Assembly (NCBI GenBank): GCA_049970495.1
Contig: JBMFMV010000017.1
Location: 1 to 29,487 of the forward strand
DNA length: 29,487 nt
Reading direction: 5' to 3'
Origin: a bacterium
GTDB lineage: Bacteria > DUMJ01
The position numbers and the translations under genes were made by a program. Shown in pieces: positions 1 to 8,247 of the stretch (position 1 is the stretch's first letter; each line of letters begins with the position of its first letter). The notes beneath the pieces were generated by a model that did no database searches, had not been told where the DNA came from, and saw nothing but the letters and a program-made list of their open reading frames with translations.

Positions 1-1
1 T

Positions 2-898
2 ACTACTTACATAATGAGTTTACAGTCTGCTACAGGGGAATTACTTAGAGAGGATGAGATTGCACAACTTACAAAGTTGTACGGCTTAAACCGACCACCG
101 TATGTTCGATATTTTATATGGATAAGAAATATCATATTACATGGTGATTTTGGTAGATCTCTTCAGTGGAACAAAAAAGTAACTGAGCTAATAGGGGAAA
201 GAGTCTCCCTGACAATAGGAATTTCTATTTTAACTACGATTTTTACTTGGATTGTAGCGGTCCCTATTGGGATTTATTCAGCTGTTCATCAGTATTCTAT
301 CTTTGATTATATATTTACAATTATAGGATTTATTGGGCTTGCTACCCCAGGATTTCTCCTTGCACTTGTAGTAATGTGGATAGCATTTTCATATCTAGGA
401 TTAAGTGTGACAGGATTGTTTTCTCCAGAATTTATACAGGCTCCCTGGAACACTGCTAAACTACTAGATTTATTGAAACATGTATGGGTTCCTATAATTA
501 TTATAGGAATGTCAGGAACAGCAGGACTTATCCGTATTATGCGAGCTAATCTGCTAGATGAGTTAAGAAAACAGTATGTCATAACAGCTAGAGCTAAAGG
601 ACTTCCAGAAAGGAAACTCCTATTTAAATATCCTGTACGTATGGCGATTAATCCTTTAATAAGCACTATAGGTTGGACTTTACCTCATATAGTATCTGGA
701 GAAACTTTGGTATCAATAGTACTCAATTTGCCTACTATCGGTCCGCTATTTCTAAGAGCGGTGATGAGCCAGGATATGTATCTTGCAGGAAGTATTGTAT
801 TAATACTCAGCTCGCTTACTATAATTGGTACTCTAATTTCTGATATATTATTGGCTTGGGTAGACCCTAGGATTAGATATGGAGGAGTGGGAGGATGA
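2..898 (+). CDS. Dpp/Opp-family ABC transporter permease (DppB/OppB-like), 5'-truncated by the window edge
   Basis: The frame is open from base 2, upstream of the ATG at 14. Multiple TM segments, 'GDFGRSLQW', and the EAA-loop region 'LLDELRKQYVITARAKGLPE'. The C-terminus 'DILLAWVDPRIR' is typical of OppB/DppB. Confidence 0.93.
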   Translation, partial: TTYIMSLQSATGELLREDEIAQLTKLYGLNRPPYVRYFIWIRNIILHGDFGRSLQWNKKVTELIGERVSLTIGISILTTIFTWIVAVPIGIYSAVHQYSIFDYIFTIIGFIGLATPGFLLALVVMWIAFSYLGLSVTGLFSPEFIQAPWNTAKLLDLLKHVWVPIIIIGMSGTAGLIRIMRANLLDELRKQYVITARAKGLPERKLLFKYPVRMAINPLISTIGWTLPHIVSGETLVSIVLNLPTIGPLFLRAVMSQDMYLAGSIVLILSSLTIIGTLISDILLAWVDPRIRYGGVGG

Positions 899-2025
899 AG
901 GACTATAAAAGTGATATTTTTGAAGAGGAGATAAAAAAAGCGGAAGAAAAGATTTATCTAGCTTCTCAATGGCAGTTAATGTGGTGGAAATTTAAGAGAC
1001 ATAAACTAGCTATGTTAGGTGGTTGGATTCTCTTTATACTTTATATACTAGCGATTTTTTGTGAATTTTTTGCCCCTTATTCATCTACTCTACGTTTTGA
1101 AGGATATGAATATGCTCCTCCTCAGATTATTCGTATATATGATAGAGAAAAAGGAATCCAATGGCCTTTTATTTATGCCCTTAAGTCAGAGATGGATCCT
1201 AATACCTTTCGATTTAAAGTTCTAGAAGATCGCAGCAAAAAGTATTACGTCAAGTTTTTTGTAAGAGGAGAAAGGTATAAACTTCTAGGGGTATTTAATG
1301 CTAATATTCATCTCTTTGGTATCGACGGAGGCCCTATATTTATCTTCGGATCAGATAAATTAGGAAGAGACCTTTTTTCTAGAATCCTATATGGAGCAAG
1401 GATCTCCCTTTCTATAGGATTGATAGGAGTATTCTTATCTTTCATACTAGGGCTTATAATTGGTGGTATCTCTGGATATCTAGGCGGGATAGTAGATGAG
1501 GTTATTCAACGTACTATCGACTTCTTAATATCAATTCCTACTATACCGCTATGGATGGCACTATCTGCTGCTTTACCAAGGGACTGGCCAGTTGTAAAAA
1601 CTTACTTTGGAATAACCATTCTTCTCTCTATATTTGGATGGTGCGGATTAGCTAGGGTCGTAAGAGGAAAACTATTAGCTCTAAGAGAGGAAGATTTCAC
1701 ATTAGCGGCGAGATTAGCCGGGGCTAGTGAGGGGAGAATAATAACTAGACATCTATTACCATCTTTTGCTAGTCACATTATAGTCTCTATCACGTTGGCT
1801 ATTCCTAGTATGATATTAGGAGAAACCTCTCTAAGTTTTCTTGGGCTAGGATTGCAACCGCCAGCAATAAGTTGGGGTGTTCTTTTACAAGACGCCCAAA
1901 AACTAGCTGAAATAGCCCTCCACCCCTGGTTACTAATACCTTGCATATTTGTCATCGTAACTGTTTTATCTTTCAACTTCCTGGGTGACGGTCTTCGAGA
2001 TGCAGCAGACCCATATGCTAGATAA
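895..2025 (+). CDS. Dpp/Opp-family ABC transporter permease (DppC/OppC-like)
   Basis: N-terminal 'SQWQLMWWKFKRHKLA', 'GSDKLGRDLFSRILYGARISL', EAA loop 'REEDFTLAARLAGAS', C-terminal 'FNFLGDGLRDAADP'. ATGA overlap with the upstream permease; GGAG upstream. Confidence 0.95.
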   Translation: MKDYKSDIFEEEIKKAEEKIYLASQWQLMWWKFKRHKLAMLGGWILFILYILAIFCEFFAPYSSTLRFEGYEYAPPQIIRIYDREKGIQWPFIYALKSEMDPNTFRFKVLEDRSKKYYVKFFVRGERYKLLGVFNANIHLFGIDGGPIFIFGSDKLGRDLFSRILYGARISLSIGLIGVFLSFILGLIIGGISGYLGGIVDEVIQRTIDFLISIPTIPLWMALSAALPRDWPVVKTYFGITILLSIFGWCGLARVVRGKLLALREEDFTLAARLAGASEGRIITRHLLPSFASHIIVSITLAIPSMILGETSLSFLGLGLQPPAISWGVLLQDAQKLAEIALHPWLLIPCIFVIVTVLSFNFLGDGLRDAADPYAR

Positions 2026-2221
2026 AAAATAGCAACTTGCAAATCATGAAAATTAGATAAAAGGGGCTTTAAAAAGTATACCTTTACTCCTCTATTTTGA
2101 AGAGTTTGGATGTTATTTATGTTGAGAATTATTCTGAATGTATACTATGACTCTCTGTCCTAGCCCAAAATTGTTTACCAAAAGGCTGACAAGGTCTTTA
2201 ATTTTTCATTTAATCCATTAA

Positions 2222-3985
2222 TCACTTAAATAGTTTCTCTAAGGGAAAAGGAATCTTATCTTTGTGTCTTAATAAGAACTCTCTATTCTTTCTATCCCTA
2301 TACTGAATCAAAGCCCTTTGTAGTCTTCTCTCCTCATATGTCTTTGCCACATATATCTTTTCTTTCCTTGATGTATGATACTCTGTATGGTAGGCACAAG
2401 AGGCTGGAGTAAGAGGAAGCGGTGTATAGTCTTGAATCTGCTCTAAGTAATGCCCAAAGCCCTTCACATACAAGGCAAGGTCCCATGCATCCTTTAACGT
2501 AGATCCAGGGTGTGCAGATATAAAATATGGAATAATGTATATCTCTTTTCCTAACCTTTTTATAGTTCTTTCGAAAACGGAGACAAATCTTTCATAGACT
2601 TCAAATTTAGGCTTTTTCATAATTTCAAGGACATAATCTTTGATATGCTCTGGAGCAGCAGATAGGTGTCCTCCAATATAGCCACCTCTAATTATTTCAC
2701 TTATATAATTTTCATCTTCTAAAGCAAGGTCATACCTTATTCCAGAAGCAATAAATACATGTTTCACTTTCGGAATCTCTTTGATCTTTTCTAAAAGTCT
2801 AAGTTGGGATGAAAAATCTATCTCTAAATATTTACATATATTAGGGAATAGGCAATCTCTACTTGGGCATGAACCAGGAATTCCATAGATCTTACACCTC
2901 AGTTTATACATATTGGCTGTAGGTCCTCCCACATCATTGATAGTCCCTCTAAATCTAGCGTGTTTAGTCAAACTATAAGCCTCTTTTAGTATAGATTCCT
3001 CACTTCTAGAAACCACCTGCCATCCCTGATGAAGATTAAGTGAACAGAAGGTGCAACTACCAAAACAACCTCTATGTGAAACAATAGAGGTCATTACTGT
3101 ATCTAATGCAGGAATCCTCTCTTTATAGGATGGATGAGGAAGTCTTTGAAATGGTAAAGAATAGATTAGATCAAGGTCTTCGGTAGTATAGGTAGAGGAT
3201 GGGTTCTGAATAACATACCTTCTTCCATCCCTCTGTACCAAAGTCTTTCTCTTTTTCATCCCTTCTGAGAGTAACATCTGAAAATCAAAGTATCTATCCT
3301 TATCTTGTGATACCTCTTCAAATGGTGGTAGCATTATATATTCTCTATCTTTAAAAAGTTCATTAAACTCTCTCTCACTTAACACATAAACAATTCCAGG
3401 AATCTGATATATCTCATACCAAGACCTTCCTAGAGCAAGATTCTTAGCAATCTCTACTATCTGTTTCTCACCCATTCCATAGACAATTATCTTTGCCCTA
3501 GAGTCCAAGATAATCGAATGTCTTACCCTATCCTCCCAAAAATCATAGTGAGAAAATCTCCTCAAACTAGCTTCAAGTCCACCTAATATGATTGGTACAT
3601 CTGGGTATATTTCGTGGACAATATTTGAATAAACTATTGTAGCCCTATCTGGTCTTTTCCCCGGAATTCCACCTGGAGTATAGGCATCCCTATCCCTTTT
3701 TCTCTTATTTGGAGTATAGTTTGCAACTAGAGAATCTATACTTCCTGCAGTAATACCAAAAAATAGTCTTGGTTTCCCTAAAACCTTAAAAAATTCTTTA
3801 TCTTTCCAGTTTGGTTGGGGAAGAATACCTACCTTAAATCCATAATATTCTAAGACTCTTCCAATTACAGCTGAACCAAAGGATGGATGATCAACATAGG
3901 CATCCCCTGTAACTATTATTGCATCTAACTCTTCCCAGCCTCTTTTTTGGGCCTCCTCTAAAGTAATAGGTAGAAAGTCAGACAT
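2222..3985 (-). CDS. YgiQ (UPF0313) family radical SAM protein
   Basis: CxxxCxxC motif 'CFGSCTFC'. Family-typical segments 'TGDAYVDHPSFG', 'GGLEASLRRFSHYDFW', 'DVGGPTANMY', 'SGIRYDL', 'PYFISAHPG'. Confidence 0.93.
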   Translation of the reverse strand: MSDFLPITLEEAQKRGWEELDAIIVTGDAYVDHPSFGSAVIGRVLEYYGFKVGILPQPNWKDKEFFKVLGKPRLFFGITAGSIDSLVANYTPNKRKRDRDAYTPGGIPGKRPDRATIVYSNIVHEIYPDVPIILGGLEASLRRFSHYDFWEDRVRHSIILDSRAKIIVYGMGEKQIVEIAKNLALGRSWYEIYQIPGIVYVLSEREFNELFKDREYIMLPPFEEVSQDKDRYFDFQMLLSEGMKKRKTLVQRDGRRYVIQNPSSTYTTEDLDLIYSLPFQRLPHPSYKERIPALDTVMTSIVSHRGCFGSCTFCSLNLHQGWQVVSRSEESILKEAYSLTKHARFRGTINDVGGPTANMYKLRCKIYGIPGSCPSRDCLFPNICKYLEIDFSSQLRLLEKIKEIPKVKHVFIASGIRYDLALEDENYISEIIRGGYIGGHLSAAPEHIKDYVLEIMKKPKFEVYERFVSVFERTIKRLGKEIYIIPYFISAHPGSTLKDAWDLALYVKGFGHYLEQIQDYTPLPLTPASCAYHTEYHTSRKEKIYVAKTYEERRLQRALIQYRDRKNREFLLRHKDKIPFPLEKLFK

Positions 3986-4930
3986 CTATCTCTCTTTTAC
4001 CAATGAGGCTAAGTATCTTGCAATCCTAAGACTCTCAGTGTATTCATCCTTGTATCTATGGTTAAGCTCAATAGTCATAAAAGCCTGAGATATCTCAAGC
4101 CTCGAAAAAGCCTCTTCTAGTGGAATGTCTCCCCAACCTAAGGGAAGATGCAAATCATCTAGACCATAAATAAGTTGAAACATGTATGGTAGTCCTTCAT
4201 CCATATCGTTTGGTCTTCCAAAAGAATCATATACATGAAGACTGTTTATATAAGGAGATGCAAGCATTATCGATGAAAGGTAATCAAATCCAAAGTGGGT
4301 AGATGCAACCTTTGCATGTCCAAAATCAAGAGTAATACCAACATTTGACTTACCTATCTTTGATACCTGCTCCACCAGTTTGTCTATAAGAGCGCTATAG
4401 GCATATTTCCTTCCAAATACTATGGACGGGTCTACATCGGCGTTCTCAATACCTATAAGTATATCAGTATTAGAGATTGAATCAGAAAATTCCTTCAACA
4501 GTTCTCTTTCCATAGCTTTTAACTCTTCTAACAGAGTTTCATCTCTTTCATACTCAGCCGGTATTCTCCCAGCATGATAGACTAAGAGTCTTCCCCTAAT
4601 CTCATAGGTAAATTCTAAAGATGCATTAAAAACTGCCTTGTGAAGATTGATATTCTTATAATCCATTAGATTGAGAAAATCAGGGGCATGAACTGTATAA
4701 TTCAAATCGAATCTTTGAAGTATACTCTTAATTCTCTCTAATCTTTTTCTATTAATATTTCCCCCTACAACTACATCTAATCCATGGGGAGGAATCTCTA
4801 CGTGGTCAAAACCTAAAGATTCAAAGAGTGCTAGCCATTTTTCCAGCTTCTCTAGGTCACCCTCCCACATCGCAGAATTTCCATTTATTCCTATACTCTT
4901 GATAGGACTCTTAGAAGCATCGATCTCCAT
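3986..4930 (-). CDS. Sugar phosphate isomerase/epimerase (xylose-isomerase-like / AP endonuclease 2 TIM barrel)
   Basis: Metal-ligand pattern 'TVHAP', 'IGIENA', 'LDFGHA', 'LHVYDSFG', 'DLHLPLGWG', 'TIEL'. AAAGGAG RBS upstream. Confidence 0.85.
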   Translation of the reverse strand: MEIDASKSPIKSIGINGNSAMWEGDLEKLEKWLALFESLGFDHVEIPPHGLDVVVGGNINRKRLERIKSILQRFDLNYTVHAPDFLNLMDYKNINLHKAVFNASLEFTYEIRGRLLVYHAGRIPAEYERDETLLEELKAMERELLKEFSDSISNTDILIGIENADVDPSIVFGRKYAYSALIDKLVEQVSKIGKSNVGITLDFGHAKVASTHFGFDYLSSIMLASPYINSLHVYDSFGRPNDMDEGLPYMFQLIYGLDDLHLPLGWGDIPLEEAFSRLEISQAFMTIELNHRYKDEYTESLRIARYLASLVKER

Positions 4931-4965
4931 ATCTAATCTCCTTTCTAAATAAAGATTTCAATAAG

Positions 4966-4974
4966 ATTTTAACA
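4966..4974 (-). promoter_or_regulatory. Candidate extended -10 promoter (TGTTAAAAT) for the epimerase-ygiQ unit
   Basis: + strand attttaaca reads TGnTAAAAT on the minus strand, about 35 nt upstream of the ATG at 4930. Confidence 0.45.
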
Positions 4975-5032
4975 CAGAGATTGAGAATGTGATATCCCCA
5001 GAAAGGGTTATTTGTAATCCTTGTGGCGCCTA

Positions 5033-5060
5033 TTGACAAATTCCTAAATATCTATAAAAT
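5033..5060 (+). promoter_or_regulatory. Sigma70/SigA-type promoter TTGACA-N16-TAAAAT
   Basis: Perfect -35 TTGACA at 5033-5038 and TAAAAT at 5055-5060. Strong RBS AAGGGAGG at 5091-5098 before the ATG at 5107. Confidence 0.65.
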
Positions 5061-5106
5061 CTAAGTAAGAATTAATTTTAAAAACCTTATAAGGGAGGTT
5101 AAATAA

Positions 5107-5952
5107 ATGAAAAGGTTCGTAGCTTTAGCAGGTCTGTTCTTTTTTTTATTCGTATCTGTAAGTAGTGCTATAGCAGAAGAGGTTAAAACGTATAATACTG
5201 GACTAACTATATCTGAAGATGCTACTACTGACGAAAACGGTCTTATTGTATTAAATGGACTTTTCTCTATAACTACTTTTAAGAAGTTCCCAGGAGTTGA
5301 TAACTTCAAAATCTACTCCCGTTGGATAGGGAGCGGAAAGCATTCAATAAAGGTTCAAGTAGTAGATAGTGATAACAAAATTATTATGGATAGTGATGAT
5401 GTAGCATTAGAATTTGATAAAGAAAACTCGACTTACTATCAATACTTTGACTTTAATAACATCGTATTTATTAAACCAGGAATATATTGGGTTCAGGCAC
5501 TATTAGATAACAAAGTAGTGTTTGGGATTCCTCTATTTGTCGAGCCGAGTGATGAAGAGTTAGAATTTGAAAATGCCCCAGAACTTCCGAACCTAATACT
5601 CTCTGTTCCTGCAGGTTCTGTAACAGAAAAAGAAAACGGTTTACAAATAATCTCTGGTATATTCGAATATTTTATCTTTAAAAGGTTTCCTTCTGCATAC
5701 GACTTCATTATAGCCAATATATGGCATTCTGGAGATGGAGAATTTAGTCAGTATATAGAACTGCTAGATCCAGATGGTAATATTATATATAAATCAGAGC
5801 CAAAAAGTTTTGAGAATGGTCCCAAGACTGTAAATGTGGTCTATGATGAACTCGAAGATATAATATTCTACAAAGCAGGTACTTATAAAGTTAATGTCTA
5901 CCTTAACGATAAATTAACATTCGATTATCCTATACTAGTAGTACAACAGTGA
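5107..5952 (+). CDS. Secreted hypothetical protein with two tandem beta-rich domains (DUF6941-like)
   Basis: Sec signal peptide MKRFVALAGLFFFLFVSVSSAIA|EE. Internal duplication: 'ENGLIVLNGLFS..FKKFP...KPGIYWVQALLDNK' vs 'ENGLQIISGIFE..FKRFP...KAGTYKVNVYLNDK'. The DUF assignment is from recalled motif resemblance only. Confidence 0.75.
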   Translation: MKRFVALAGLFFFLFVSVSSAIAEEVKTYNTGLTISEDATTDENGLIVLNGLFSITTFKKFPGVDNFKIYSRWIGSGKHSIKVQVVDSDNKIIMDSDDVALEFDKENSTYYQYFDFNNIVFIKPGIYWVQALLDNKVVFGIPLFVEPSDEELEFENAPELPNLILSVPAGSVTEKENGLQIISGIFEYFIFKRFPSAYDFIIANIWHSGDGEFSQYIELLDPDGNIIYKSEPKSFENGPKTVNVVYDELEDIIFYKAGTYKVNVYLNDKLTFDYPILVVQQ

Positions 5953-6042
5953 CAAACTTCATTCTTATTAGAACCTATACTCCACAGGTATAGTATAATA
6001 AATTAAAAAATTTCTCTTTTAAAAAGAATGGAGGGATGATAA

Positions 6043-7065
6043 GTGAGAACATTTCGTCCGCTTCAACCATTTTCAAGACTTTATGAACAACCAAGAGTCT
6101 ATGAGTTCAAAGCAAGGACTATTGAGGAATGGAAAGAATGGAGAGAAGCTCTAAGGAATAAGCTCGTAGAACTTTTAGGGGGATTTCCAGACAGAGTACC
6201 TCTTGAAGCAGAAGTTCTAGAGGAAAGAGAATTTGATAGTTATATAAGAGAAAGGATAATTTTTAACAGCGCACCCGATGTAAGTGTAGTAGGTTATCTT
6301 TTAATACCAAAAGGAGTTGAACTCCCAGCCCCAGGGGTAATTGCACTTCATGGTCACGGATATGGGAAGGATGATATAGTAGGGATTTGGGAAGATGGGA
6401 CCGATAGGACTATACCGGATGGTTATCAAAAAGACTTTGCTATTTCACTTGTAAAGAGTGGTTTTGTTACCTTTGCCATTGAACAGGCATGTTTTGGCGA
6501 AAGGAGAGAACCAGAAGATATAGCCAAAGATAAGTATCAGTCATCCTGCAGAAAGGTCTCTTTCTGGGCTATGCTTTTAGGAAAGACGGTAATAGGTATG
6601 AGAGTATGGGATGTAATGAGAGCTATAGATTATCTAGAGACAAGAAAAGAGGTAAAGACTTCTAGTATCGGTATTATGGGAATATCTGGAGGAGGAATGA
6701 CATCACTATTCTCTTCTGCTTTAGATGAAAGAGTAAAGGCGGTAGTAGTAAGTGGATATCTAAATACATTCAAGGATAGTATACTCTCTGTATATCACTG
6801 TGAGTGCAACTATATCCCCGGTATACTAAAGTATGCAGAGATGTATGACGTAGCTTGTCTCATAGCTCCAAGGGCTCTTTTAGTGGAAAGTGGAACAAAA
6901 GATAATATCTTCCCAATTAAAGCTACCGAATTTTCTATATCAAAGGTAAAAAAGGCATATGAGATCTTAGGCGTCTCAGAGAAGCTTGATGTGGATATAT
7001 TCGAAGGAAGACACCAGATAAGTGGAAGAAAAGCTTATGACTTCTTAAAAAGAGAACTCCTATAG
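6043..7065 (+). CDS. Alpha/beta hydrolase (dienelactone hydrolase / acetylesterase-like)
   Basis: Nucleophile elbow 'GISGGG', oxyanion region 'ALHGHG', candidate acid 'GTKDNIF' and His 'FEGRHQ'. GTG start with GGAGG upstream; no signal peptide. Confidence 0.88.
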   Translation: MRTFRPLQPFSRLYEQPRVYEFKARTIEEWKEWREALRNKLVELLGGFPDRVPLEAEVLEEREFDSYIRERIIFNSAPDVSVVGYLLIPKGVELPAPGVIALHGHGYGKDDIVGIWEDGTDRTIPDGYQKDFAISLVKSGFVTFAIEQACFGERREPEDIAKDKYQSSCRKVSFWAMLLGKTVIGMRVWDVMRAIDYLETRKEVKTSSIGIMGISGGGMTSLFSSALDERVKAVVVSGYLNTFKDSILSVYHCECNYIPGILKYAEMYDVACLIAPRALLVESGTKDNIFPIKATEFSISKVKKAYEILGVSEKLDVDIFEGRHQISGRKAYDFLKRELL

Positions 7066-7076
7066 CTATTTAAGAT

Positions 7077-7116
7077 AAAAACTAGGACCCTCTAAAAACA
7101 GAGAGCCCTAGTTTTT
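7077..7116 (-). terminator. Intrinsic terminator between convergent genes (probably bidirectional)
   Basis: AAAAACTAGGACCCTCT-AAAAAC-AGAGAGCCCTAGTTTTT. Fully paired with two G-U pairs on the minus strand and two mismatches on the plus strand; A/T tracts at both ends. Confidence 0.8.
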
Positions 7117-7142
7117 CAAGTTTTAATATAAGATTATTGAAA

Positions 7143-8153
7143 CTATACTGGTACTGCCTTCTTTGTCTTTATGCTTTCTAATCCAGCTGATAGTATCTTT
7201 TGAGTCTGAAGGGCAAGCTCTGGGTCAGATAGACCTTCTGGCATTATATCATTTTCTATACAATGCAAGAAATACGTAACTGCATTCTTTTCATATGGGG
7301 GGAGTTCTCCCGGATGTATAGTCTGTGGCTCTTTTCCATCTAAGAATAGAATTACTTCTCCTTTACTTACCACCAGAGTTCCATTACCCCCATATATAAT
7401 GGGATTTTCTGTAGGGACATTACCTATTTGACTCCAAGTTGCCTCTGCAATAGCCATTGCCCTATCGTACTCCATAATGAGTATAGCATTATCCTCTGCC
7501 GGTATATAATCCCTCACTAGATTTTTACCAAAGGCTATAACACTTAATGGTTTACCTAGAAGATAACCCGCCATATGAGTTCCATAGCCACAGAAATCCA
7601 TATAGGCACCTGCCCCATTCTTCTCTGGATCATAGAGCCAACTGTAAAAGTAGATAGAGCATCCTATCTCTTTAGGACCCTTATGCCCTGCCCTAAATCT
7701 AAACTGAAATACCTTTCCTATATCTCCACCTTTTGCCATATCTAAAGCCTTCCTGATAGCCGGATTCCAGTTTGTCGGCCAGTTTATCATAAGTTTTACA
7801 CCGCTTGTCTTTGCAGAGTTAAACATCTTTAAGGCACTCTCATAGCTCTCAGCCATAGGTTTTTCAATAATAACATTTATTCTCTTAGACACTGCATATT
7901 CGGTAATCTCTCTGTGTTTACTATTCTCACAGGTGATCTGAATTATATCAAGCTTCTCTCTATCTATAAATTCTTCATAGGTATCATAAAACTTATCAAC
8001 CCCAAAATCCTTTCTTGCTCTTTCTCTTAGTGGCTCATGAGACTCTGCTATGCCAACCAATCTTACATTAGGCTGTTCTATCCAATTCTTGAGAAGCCCC
8101 CAGATATGATCATGGTTTAATCCTACAACACCAACATTATAGATCTTTGCCAA
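7143..8153 (-). CDS. Gfo/Idh/MocA family oxidoreductase
   Basis: Rossmann start 'VGVVGLNHDH', 'IIEKPMA', and 'GAGAYMDFCGY' (D-x3-Y variant). TTG start with GAGGTG RBS. Confidence 0.9.
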   Translation of the reverse strand: MAKIYNVGVVGLNHDHIWGLLKNWIEQPNVRLVGIAESHEPLRERARKDFGVDKFYDTYEEFIDREKLDIIQITCENSKHREITEYAVSKRINVIIEKPMAESYESALKMFNSAKTSGVKLMINWPTNWNPAIRKALDMAKGGDIGKVFQFRFRAGHKGPKEIGCSIYFYSWLYDPEKNGAGAYMDFCGYGTHMAGYLLGKPLSVIAFGKNLVRDYIPAEDNAILIMEYDRAMAIAEATWSQIGNVPTENPIIYGGNGTLVVSKGEVILFLDGKEPQTIHPGELPPYEKNAVTYFLHCIENDIMPEGLSDPELALQTQKILSAGLESIKTKKAVPV

Positions 8154-8186
8154 AAGAAATCACCTCTCTTTTTTAGAATTAGCTAT

Positions 8187-8213
8187 ATTATAACAGAAAT
8201 TTAGTGTTATAAT
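8187..8213. promoter_or_regulatory. Back-to-back extended -10 promoters / perfect inverted repeat ATTATAACA-N9-TGTTATAAT
   Basis: TGTTATAAT on + at 8205-8213 (towards folT) and on - at 8187-8195 (towards the Gfo gene), in a 94-bp divergent intergenic region. Confidence 0.65.
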
Positions 8214-8247
8214 CAGTTATGTTAAAAACAGATAAGGAGGGATTAAG

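Noticed and set aside
8154..8247. THF riboswitch upstream of folT
   Set aside because: The gap is 94 bp, very AT-rich and taken up by two promoters and two RBSs; no aptamer-like stems are visible.
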